Part shown: piece after piece, positions 1 to 64,000 of the stretch
How the letters are laid out: each line of letters starts with the position of its first letter
How positions within the stretch are numbered: the first letter of the stretch is position 1
DNA from: Callorhinchus milii
Taxonomy: Eukaryota
Assembly (NCBI RefSeq): GCF_018977255.1
Contig: NW_024704742.1
Coordinates: forward strand, 73,100,001 to 73,164,000
Direction: 5' to 3'
Length of the DNA: 64,000 bases
Position numbers and translations under genes: made by a program
Notes under the pieces: model-generated
What the model saw: the letters and a program-made list of their open reading frames with translations, nothing else
Told to the model about the DNA's origin: nothing
Database searches by the model: none

Positions 1-607
1 AAAATCTCAAACCTGTAGATCTGTCTTTTATTAATTCTCAGCGCATATCGTGCATTGTAGTTAGTCTCTGTTTTACAATTCTCATTTTACTCCACTGAGT
101 GTAAACGGACAGCACTGACTATCTGAAGGTGTTCAGTAATGCATCCACTTCCTGCAACACTTACTTTGCCACCAACAAGAGTTAGTCAGACTCATGTTAG
201 GGTATTTTGTTTAATTTCAATATTAAAGATGGAACCACTGAAACTTAAAACTCCATTGCAGTTGTAACCCCTGTGTGAATTGACTATGATAATTGAAACT
301 TAAATTTATTGACCACATGTGTTCCATCTTGTATGTTTACTAAAAATGTTGTTCTTTGCATTCTGATTGTTAACATTCAATCAGAATGATCATTCCAATT
401 TACTCCAGGTTACTGCCCAATTTATTTTCCTCCTGGGATTATGTTTCACATGCTGCTACCTGCAAGCAATCCTCCTTGGAGTAAAATATTTCATTTTCAG
501 GAGCAACTTAAGAGTGTAACTTTTTAATATTAATTTATCATGTAGATTAATTATCTGTAATGCTAGGGCTTGTGTGACTGAAATGATTTATTTTGGCCAG
601 TATTATA

Positions 608-1252
608 CAGTGGAATCTGTTTAGCTGGACGCTGCTTAACACCAGATGTCGGGTAAATTGGATGAAATATCTGGCCCCGATTCATTCGTATTCTTACATG
701 TTTTGAATATGCCGGTTAATTCAGATGAAAATCCCATTAATGCGGACAAAATGATGCACTGGTCACCACTGCGTCTCTTCACTCTGTGTCTCGAGCGGCT
801 CCAATCAGCCACGAGTGCCTCTGAGATTGAGATGGGAGGATTCACATTGTGATTGGCAGCAAACTCCAGCAATCCATTCACAAGCAGTTACGGACGGTCA
901 ATCAGGGAGGGGTCGGAGGAACGGGGAAGACACAAGGGAGGGAATGGGAGGAGTCAAATGACGATTGATTGACAGTGGACTCCATCCATTCACAAACAAC
1001 AACAACAAGATTCCATTTATAGAGCGCCTTTCACGTCGGGAGGACGTCCCAAGGCGCTGGACAGTTGGGTCAGGGCAAACAGCTCTGAGGGGCAGTGACT
1101 GCATCCGGTGAAAGGGGAGGGGACCAATTAGCGGTGACTGAGGTGATTGACATCTCCCAGGAAAAGATGCTCAGCAGAGGAGACGCATTCTGAGCAGGAA
1201 GAGAAAACAAAACTCCCTGTTCTGATTCGTCCGACTAAAGCTAATTCCACTG
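608..1252. mobile_element. Tc1/mariner (Tigger/pogo-like) non-autonomous DNA transposon carrying an L2 3'-tail insertion
   Basis: TA|CAGTGGAATctgtttagctggacg at the left end; reverse complement of the right end reads TA|CAGTGGAATtagctttagtcggacg. L2 tail on the - strand at about 995-1075. Confidence 0.7.
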
Positions 1253-1763
1253 TATTAGGAAATCAATGAAACTAACCAAATAATGGCCTGCATATAAATT
1301 AACCAAGAGAAATGTACAATATCTCAATAAAATACAGTATATTATTTTATTCAGCTATGCAATGTTGCAAAAATAAGTATATCCTAACTTTTGATCCACA
1401 TAAAGAAGTATGTGGGTCAAAAGTTAGGATCTAAGGATTCTAACTGCTGTATAACTATAGTTTGTTTGCTTAAGAATGCTCTCTTAAATTAGTATTGCAT
1501 TTTTACTCATTTTTACTTTTGATTATTAATTCTAGTTTTATTACAAACCAGAATTAAGTAATTATATAATTATAACCAACAAAGTCCTGAAGCCCAAACT
1601 TGTTGGTTGACCTACCTCTCTTACTCTGCTTAGCTTTGGTGGTATCCTGCACTAACACGCTCAATATAAAACATATTCCCCCCTAAAGAGTATTTGTTTT
1701 GTCACTTTTCTTTCCCCCTCAATGATTAATACAAAGGTTGTTTTCTTCTATTATTTTATACAG

Positions 1764-1902
1764 GTGTCTGGTGGTACTACTACAGAGCTTGTGGAAACTT
1801 TGAAGTCCATGGGCTACATTAAAGCACTTGACGTAATCCTTAAGGCACTGACCAAATCAGAAGACACAAGATCAGAGGAAACTGTTGTCCCAGAAGAAAA
1901 CA
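1764..1902 (+). CDS. NFKB1: NF-kappa-B p105 (NFKB1) penultimate coding exon, end of death domain
   Basis: Acceptor tttatacag| at 1763, donor A|gtaaga at 1903. Translates VSGGTTTELVETLKSMGYIKALDVILKAL..., resembling human p105 [25 protein letters not shown]. The 139-nt length (phase 1) joins in frame to the 3406 exon. Confidence 0.88.
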
Positions 1903-2429
1903 GTAAGAACCACTCTCTGTATTCATTAATAGCTACAATAATTTACATTTGTATAGTGCTATGTCAGGAGGACATCTCAAACAACTGACTGGGAGCCTAC
2001 ACTTGGGTGGGGGGGAATGGTGAGAAAGGATGGTGGCCGAAAGTGCAGTCAGATTGATAGGTCTTTTGTTTTGAGGTGGAAGGGAGGCTAATTCAAGAGG
2101 TAATTTTAAAATCGTATTTGGTTTTGGTGAAACCACACCTGGGAGCACTCTGTGCAGTCTCAGTCTTTCTCTATTTCAGAAAGGCTATTCACTTGCTGGT
2201 AGGCATGAGCTGGAGGGTGAGTGTGCTGCTAGAAGTATTTAAGACTACAAAAGGTTTTGAAAAATATGGGTTTTTCTGTCATGTCAAAATTTAAGAACTG
2301 GAACGTTATCTTCAAAATAACAAGAATAAATTGCATTTGTTTCGCGCCTTTCATCAGGAGGATATCCCAGGACGCTGGATAAGGACCCAAATAGAAATAC
2401 ACCACTGGATTTGTTTGCCAAAAGGGTAA

Positions 2430-3250
2430 CCAGATTGTGGACAGACTTGGTGGTGAATCTCTTTAGGACCACATTGACTCCAATGTGACACACCAGGCAG
2501 TGGCAGTTTAGGATCCAGTCTTTGGTGATCTTGGTAGTCCAATAGCTGAGCCAGGCAGGTTTGCAGTACTCCAGGGTGCTAATTAAGATAGACAAGCCTT
2601 GGCTTGTTGGTAGGACTTAAAAGGAGCACATCAGTCACTTGGGGCAAGGATTCTTCCAATTTGGCTTTGGATTTTATTTTTAGTCATCTGGGTATGTGGT
2701 GAGACACATGGATACCCATCACCATGCTTAAAAGACTTACCAAACCACAGAAGAGTTCCACATATGCATGGCACCTACCCATGGAAATTTCTGAATGTCT
2801 AGAATGGAATGTGCACCGTCTCCGGGCTAAAACCTCAGTTTGCCATCAAAAGCATAGTCTTATGAGCTTCCCATTGCTTGTCCAGCTGGGATCAATGTAC
2901 CCTTTGGCTTTCAGGGTTAACAGGAGCTGAGTTGGATGAATCCCTTCCCCAGGCTGCTCCTTCAGATCCTGCCAGTGGGCCAACTTGGTGGCTCTGTCAT
3001 CAGCAGTGCCCTGCAATACTATAGACCTCCCTGGTCAGGAACCAAATGGAAGTTTGATTCGATTCCACCATTACTGTGCCAGGCACAAAACCTTGGAGCC
3101 AGATCAGCCCCAAAGAGAATTGACTGTGCTTCCCCTCCAGGAAGATTGCATTCCATTTACAGGAAAATTTAAGTGGCATACATATGTGGAACCCTTGTTT
3201 TAGATACTCTTAAACATGGTGATGGGGTTCCACATCTGTCAAGACACCCA
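2430..3250 (-). mobile_element. Highly decayed retroelement relic (possibly Tx1-clade LINE)
   Basis: GC-richer block in an NFKB1 intron. Segment about 2985-3045 recurs at about 53925-53985. Weak recalled resemblance to a LINE ORF2 C-terminus. Confidence 0.3.
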
Positions 3251-3405
3251 GCTAGCACCCCAAAAATCAGTAACCTTTCAGCCAGAGGAACTGGCAGTTC
3301 AGAGGCGATATGTATAGTAGATTTGGTAAGCCCAAGTTTCTGATTAGCCAGATCATTTTAATACTATTTATGCAATGCATTTATATGACTTTTGTTTTTT
3401 AACAG

Positions 3406-3515
3406 ATGTTCAAATTCAACCCAAGCCGCAGCAGTGTGATAGTGTATGTGACAGTGGAGTGGAAACATCCTTCAAGAGGCTGAGTCTTTCATCAGAATCA
3501 TTCAGCAACAACTAG
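3406..3515 (+). CDS. NFKB1: NFKB1 last coding exon (PEST region with IKK/beta-TrCP degron)
   Basis: Acceptor ttttttaacag|. Translates (N)VQIQPKPQQCDSVCDSGVETSFKRLSLSSESFSNN*, containing the p105 hallmark DSVCDSGVETSF. TAG at 3513-3515. Confidence 0.93.
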
Positions 3516-3865
3516 GCTTCCTTTGCCCTGCAAGATCCACAAGGCTCTGCCTACCCCCAGTGAAAGCTAAACAAACAGAATGTTGCCTTCTATGTCAATT
3601 CACACTAGAAAATGTCAACCTAGCTGTAATGTTATGAAAATGATCAACATGGCAAGCTCAATTGTGAACCTATTTTAAAATACTGTCATCAAATTTTATA
3701 TTTATTTGAAATATTAGGCTGGTTAGTTCATTGGATTAAACAGATAGGTGTTCAAATCTGGTCAAATGGTGTTTTAACCACCCAACTTTATTTCTACTTT
3801 TTGTTTTAAAAAAAGTTTTTAAAAAATACAAAAAAACTTTATAACTGTGTGAAGTGTCCAGCAAC

Positions 3866-3871
3866 AATAAA
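3866..3871 (+). terminator. Candidate NFKB1 polyadenylation signal
   Basis: AATAAA about 350 nt after the stop codon in an AU-rich 3'UTR; other AATAAA hexamers lie further downstream. Confidence 0.45.
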
Positions 3872-4239
3872 ACCATTCATAATATCTCAATATACACATT
3901 TTGCATGAACAAAGCAAGCTCCATTCTGAGGCTATTTGTGTTTGCAACATTTTCCCTTAAAGGTTTTTTTTGTGGATTTTTAGCAATTCTAATGCAGTTG
4001 AGATTTTTTTTAAAAGAAAGTGCTGAAAAATCAAAATCATGAGCTCCTTCAATCATAAACTCCTTCTAAATGCATATTTGTAAATACTAGTTGGTAGCTG
4101 CTGCTCTTGACCAAATAGTCAAGAATGTTTATTTTTGCTTCAAAGTTGTACTTATGGATTGTTAGCTTTTTTACACAATAAAAGGACCACCTACTTTCTT
4201 CCTGGTTGTGTTGTTTTCCTTTTATGTTGGAACTCGCCC

Positions 4240-4785
4240 TGCTTGTCAGCCTTCCCAACTCCTCCTTCCACAGGATGCAGATAATCCAGAACTCTGCAGC
4301 CCGTGTCCTCTCCCGCACCAAACTCTGTGACCCCATCTCCCCCACTCTCGCCCGACTCCATTGGCTCCCTATCCTTCAGAGGATCCAGTTCAGGATGCTC
4401 ACCTACAAAGCCCTCCATGGCCTCGCCCCACCCTACCTCGGTGACCTCCTAACCCCCTACCAACCCACCCATTCCCTCTGTTCAGTCGGCTCCGACCTGC
4501 TCCATGTCCCCTGACCCACCCGTCCCACCATTGGCGGGAGAGCCTTCAGCCACTCTGCTCCCAACCTCTGGAATTCCATCCCCCAATCACTCCCCCTCGC
4601 CCCCTCCTTAGCCTCCTTCCAAGTCCAGCCTCAAAACCTTCCTCTTCGACCATGCCATCTGCCACCCCGCTTCCCCTCCCTTCTCCCCCCATCCCAACCT
4701 GGGTCTGAAATGCTGTACTCTGTCCAGCGCCTTGGGACGTCCTCCCGACATAAAAGGCGCTATACAAATATAATCTTCCTGTAGA
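4240..4785 (+). mobile_element. L2-clade LINE 3' fragment
   Basis: ORF2 C-terminus IQNSAARVLSRTK...LARLHWLPI; 3' stem-loop gcgccttgggacgtcctcccgaca...ggcgct. Confidence 0.9.
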
Positions 4786-7217
4786 AGCAAATTAAATCAT
4801 GAATAGTAACATCACAAGAAATCTTCAGATGAAGGGTAACTATACAGAAGGCACTCTTGACTCTGATCTTATGTAGAACACTGACCATTAAGATGTTGCC
4901 TAACTGTCAATTATGCTTCATGCAACAAAATACAATTTGGTATCTGTTCTGAAATTACTTGTCTCAAGGTCTGAACCTGTGCCTATTTGTCCCAGATCCT
5001 CTTCACCACTAATCACCTCCTCCTCTGTTTCCCAGCCCTCTCCACATTGCCTCACCACCTCCAGTGCAAAATAAAGTAATAATTTGGATTAAACTGCTAT
5101 CCAGATCTGTCTGATCTGCTGGATAGGCTGCATAATGTCTGATAGTTAGATGACCCACATATCACAGGAAGAGTTTGGATGACAAATGTTCTTCAACCCA
5201 ATTGATCTTGACCTTCCCGAGACAAACAGTTTTCCATTACAACATCAAGCATATTAGTTTGTGTCCAGTGTGCTGGCTTTTACCAGCAATCCATTTAATG
5301 TGCTTTTATTTTAGCCAGAGTATAATTGCAAATCTTTTGTTTTTACTTTACAATTGTTATTAAACTTCATTTGCTCACAAAATGTCAACTTTATTATGAC
5401 CCAAACACCTAAATCTACTGGACCAGTTCAAGATATCAGATTTTTGCACTTTTTATTTCAATGTAAACAGCTCATACTTTATGCATCATATTTGGTTACA
5501 TCACTTGTTGAGGCTAGACAATAAATTCATTCACAGTATTTTTGTTTAAGCTCAGTCAGTTATTGTAGTTTCAACAAGATTCTACTGCCCAGTTGGAACA
5601 GTTTTGGAATGCATCAACAGAAACATTTAAAAGATAATTGACATAAAATTTATACCCTCATACAATGTAATTGTAGTGCCTTGGGACATCTCCCGACATG
5701 AAGGCACGACTGTAATACAATTGTAATTTTGTATTGTATAGTACTTATCCAGAATCAATGATTATTTTTAAAACACATTTTCACAATGAGAATATACTAG
5801 CAATCAAGTGACTTACCTATGAGTCAGACTCATTTGTTAGGTATTTGGCAAAATTAATTAAAAAGCCACCCTTTGGTGACATTCTTTTGAAACATTTTAA
5901 CTCCACCCCTTCTGCAGGTTATTGGCCCTTGCCACTGGAGCTAGAAATATAAAGTGTTTCAGGGCAGAATGGGTTGTCTCTCACTAACATTTCAGTCCTA
6001 AGCCCAAAACATCTGGACTAAAACTGAAAAGTGCTAGTAAAAGTGGCCATAAATTGTGCACGGATTGCCCCAAGCTCAGCAGAGCACCCATCTACATCAG
6101 GGTGCCATTACTATTCCTCACCAGCAACCCAGTAGCCTCTGTGAGCGAGGATTCTGATTGATAAGTGCTGAATTGGGAAGCTTTTTGGTTGTGGATTTGT
6201 ACCCACGACAAGCTTAGTGCAAGCCGATTAACATCAGTTCACTTACATTCAGCAGAGAAAAGCATATTTGCAAGCAATCACTTTGGGCTGGATTGAAACC
6301 CAGGTTCCAGAGGTGAATCCAGCTTCGAGTGAATGGACAAATGAAGATTTGCATGTGTTTGAGATTGTAGTTCTGAGGTTATCACACGATATAAAGGCTT
6401 TTAATAAAAATAAATTTGATCTGTTATCTTAGAAGAGATACCTGCATTTTGGGCGTATAGAATAAAGGAAACATTACATACCATTTCATTACATTAAGAT
6501 AGTTGCAACATTATATCCTTTAAGGCACAGTTGGAAAATATTGAAAGGTATTAAAAGATATTTTAATCCACAGGATATATTTCGATAAAGTGGTGAAAAA
6601 GAAATGGATCAATCAGAGCAATTTCATTTTTAAAGGAAGCTATAGCCAGAACCCTGAACAGGTTACTAAATTGGTATAGCTTGTCCTTCAATGAGGCTGA
6701 TTATATTTACTGCTGAGCCTTGACTTACAGAAAGGTTACAGTTATATTTTCCTGCAGACTTGACCAATGTTCATCCAACATACAATACTTCTCGCAAAAC
6801 ACTTTGAGTGACTTGGTGGAAAAGAAAACAAGTTTGCATAAAAAAAGTCTCAGAATATTTAAAATTTCACTTTAAAACAAAAATAAATTCATCTAAAATA
6901 TTTAATGATCTAAAGAATGTGCGGTGGGTGGAAGATAACAACACCTCTATAAGATCTGTAAAACTATAAGCTTTACCATGATAAAAGACGCCCCAAAGCA
7001 ATACACCGCATTTCGTATTAATTGATATAATTCTACACACGATCCTCAATTACTGGATGAAGTTTAAGAAGGTATCGCTGAAATGGAAGGAAACAAACAT
7101 ATTTGTTAAAAGGGATTGTCTGATATTACCAAATCAGTTTCACAAAGCCTTTCTTAACTTTTTTTGTTCTAGTTCTGCCTGGACATTTCTTGGTTTTAGT
7201 TATAAATGTATCCAGGG

Positions 7218-7251
7218 TTTATTTAAATTCACAAGCTAATTTTGTTTTATT
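7218..7251 (-). terminator. Candidate MANBA polyadenylation signals
   Basis: Two AATAAA hexamers on the - strand (7246-7251 and 7218-7223), about 100-130 nt after the stop codon. Confidence 0.4.
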
Positions 7252-7347
7252 ATGTCCCTCCCTTCCTCTTAATTCAAGTAATTAGTTAGATGAGTATAAT
7301 GGATGACCATCACTCTATTAGCTTCTCTCTATATTTTTGGGCGTACA

Positions 7348-61632
<54,285 letters not shown>

Positions 61633-61646
61633 GCTCAGCTCCCCAG

Positions 61647-61773
61647 CGCGCCTGCGCACAGCCTCCAGCCCGCAACTGCCACCGCGCGTGATCTCGGCCA
61701 CACCGCGCCTGCGCACAGCCTCCAGCCCGCAACGGCCACCGCGCGTGATCTCGGCCACACCGCGCCTGCGCAC
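61647..61773. repeat. 57-bp tandem duplication (2 copies plus 13 bp)
   Basis: cgcgcctgcgcacagcctccagcccgcaac(t/g)gccaccgcgcgtgatctcggccacac at 61647 and 61704 with one mismatch; partial third copy at 61761. Confidence 0.95.
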
Positions 61774-63564
61774 TGCCACCCCGCCCACACAGGGTTGACG
61801 CCCAGGCGGCGGTCCCTGTTGTAAATGTGGGTGGAAGCGGCTTCGGGCGGGGGTCCGATATTTACATTTTAATGTCAACCCCACAAAAAGTTTGTTTATT
61901 TTCCCCTTTGAGGAACTTTTCTTACAGTTTCAACACCCCCCACCCCCCCGAGCTCCAGCAGCCACTCTGCTGCCCCACGTGTTATATTGGGCTACTTTTG
62001 GGCTGGTGTTTGGTGGCCTTCGGGCACGTCTGGCCATCCCGAGAGGGAAGGAGATGGCCGGTCCCGGGGCGATGAGCAATGTCACCCCCGTCTCCATTGC
62101 ACAACTTCAAGGCGCCTCTCTCTCTCTCTCTCTCTTCTGGGGGAGGAAGGCGTGGAGTAAATGGCTATGGGCATCAGGCTTTGTGCTTCCAGTTGCCTCC
62201 GCGCCTGGAGACACCACTGAGAGGTACAGAAGGAGTGAGCGAGCAAACAGGGAACATCAGAGACATGGAGAGCACAAGCAGGAGAAAAACCGTCAGAACA
62301 CATCACAACAAGAAGGGCAAAACCAGGAAATGCGTTCAAGACAAGTACATGGGTCTTAAAGCGAATCACTGGGGGACAAAGCGCCAAAGTTAACTGAGAA
62401 TAGGAGTAATGGGTACAATATATCCTGTGAAGCATTTTGAGACGTGATAAAGTACTATATCAAGTGTAAGGATTATTATTATTAGAGACTAAAGACACAG
62501 GTTTGGGAGGTTTGGCGCTTTTGCAGGTGTCAACCTGGAGCCAAGATTCAAGGTACCACATGTTCAAGGTATCCATCTCACGTTTGAGTTATTTTCATAC
62601 ATCAGAAGAATTCCTAGTCTGTTTTGACCATTTCCAGAAAAATGGTTCCAGATTTCATTCACTCTCAGTAGTGGATCAATGAGTTGTTTTCTGAGTGGCA
62701 GTTTCACTTTGGGGATGGTTGTTGGAATATAATTTCTTGCAACAAAATGGTGATAAGAATACATAAATCAGTTTGAATATCCTGCCATGCCCACTGAGAA
62801 TTACTTCCAAAGAGCAGCGTTGAATGACTTTTGTTCCACAATTTGCAACGGTATCAGCAGTTTGTACAGGTTAGAACTTAAGTGCAATTTGTGTTACATA
62901 TTATGTTTGTACAAGCACATTTTTCAATTCATGAAAAATTCTAAATCTATACCTCAGATAGTTATGAAGAGCAAAATATGTCTCCAAAGATTCTATGCTA
63001 TTATGGTTCTAGTAGAGAAAGAATGAACATTAAAGAAATAACAAAGTTTTCTTTTCTCTGCCTCCAGATGAATTAAATGTCTTGTTCCACATTGCTAGTA
63101 GTTGACTGGTCCATTGATCAATCAGCAACATCAGATTTGGAACAGATCCATAAAGGCCAGGAAGCATTTCCTTCCCTTGAGGGATATTTATGTATCAAAC
63201 TATTATTAGTCCACATTCTGTGCTTTAATGCAGAGTAAATTAGCCATGCATTTGGGGAAAAATAACAGGAGTACAATAAAGAATCAGTGATCCTCACTAA
63301 TTGGAACCAATCCTGTTGTGGATACTGAAATGGAAAAACTGCTTGGTTAAAAAAAAATCAGCATTCACAAACTGGCTATGATGCCAATTACATCCGGTCT
63401 CATCCACCCCCCGCATCTCTAACACTGCACAGCATATACTTATCTCACATTGCTGATTTAGTTTAGGTAAACTACAGATCAGGGAATTTTGTGTGCATTT
63501 ATGTTTGGTAGCATTGCATTTCCACATCAGAGCCAAAAGCAGATAATCCATGTTCTACTGCATA

Positions 63565-64000
63565 CAAAATTACATTTGTATACCACCTTTCATGTTGGGA
63601 GGAAGTCCCAAGTCACTGGACAGGCAGGGATTTGGACCTGAGCAGTGGGGTTTGGGTTCAAGGAGGATGAGGGCAGGGAGTATAGCTGAAGGCGCAGTCA
63701 GAGGAAGGTCTTGAGACATGCCTTGAAGATGCAAGGAAGGGAGCAAGGCAAAGGAAATGTGGCAATGGAGTTCCAAAGAGTGGGGCAGAGAAGCTGAAGG
63801 CCCGACCGCCAATGGTTGGGCAGGTCAGGCGGGGGACATGGAGCAGGCCAAAGCCTGCTGAGTGGAGGGAGCGGACTGGTTGATATGGCGTTAGCAGGTC
63901 ACAAAGGTAGGAAGGATTAAGGCTGTGATTGGTCTTGGAAGATGAGGATTTTGAACTCTATCCTCTACGGGATGGGGAGCCAATGGAGCTGGGTGGGGTC
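63565..64000 (-). mobile_element. L2 LINE 3' portion running off the window
   Basis: Reverse complement encodes LHWLPIP; L2 tail near 63570-63620. Confidence 0.85.

Noticed and set aside
1903..1988. Extension of the NFKB1 exon to the in-frame stop at 1988
   Set aside because: A good donor at 1903 gives the right phase to join the conserved last exon; the extension runs into a retroposon-tail-like sequence.
61633..61884. N-terminal extension of the 439-aa ORF upstream of the MANBA ATG
   Set aside because: It starts at a non-ATG codon and runs through the GC-rich promoter repeat; the ATG at 61632 has good Kozak context and begins a signal peptide.

Overview
AT-rich vertebrate genomic DNA, most likely a cartilaginous fish and plausibly a chimaera; this is inferred from the L2, CR1, Deu-domain SINE and Penelope-type repeat content. 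The + strand carries the last two coding exons of NFKB1 (p105 death-domain end and the DSGVETS degron; stop at 3513-3515). The - strand carries a complete 17-exon MANBA gene (lysosomal beta-mannosidase, GH2; ATG at 61632, stop at 7348; 2643 nt, 880 aa; all introns GT-AG with consistent phases). The two genes lie tail-to-tail, as at the human NFKB1-MANBA locus. Introns are packed with decayed and nested retroposons: L2 and CR1 LINEs, a young tRNA-Ala-derived SINE that shares a covarying 3' stem-loop with L2, older DeuSINEs, and Tigger/pogo-like MITEs. Most notable non-coding signals: two Penelope-type minimal hammerhead ribozyme relics in the MANBA pre-mRNA orientation, a stop-free 21-bp minisatellite in frame with exon 1, a 57-bp promoter duplication that multiplies NRF1-like sites, and inverted near-identical SINE pairs flanking exons. 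I see no evidence of a wholly new protein-coding system. Family names come from recalled consensus motifs, not database searches, and repeat boundaries without target-site duplications (TSDs) are approximate.
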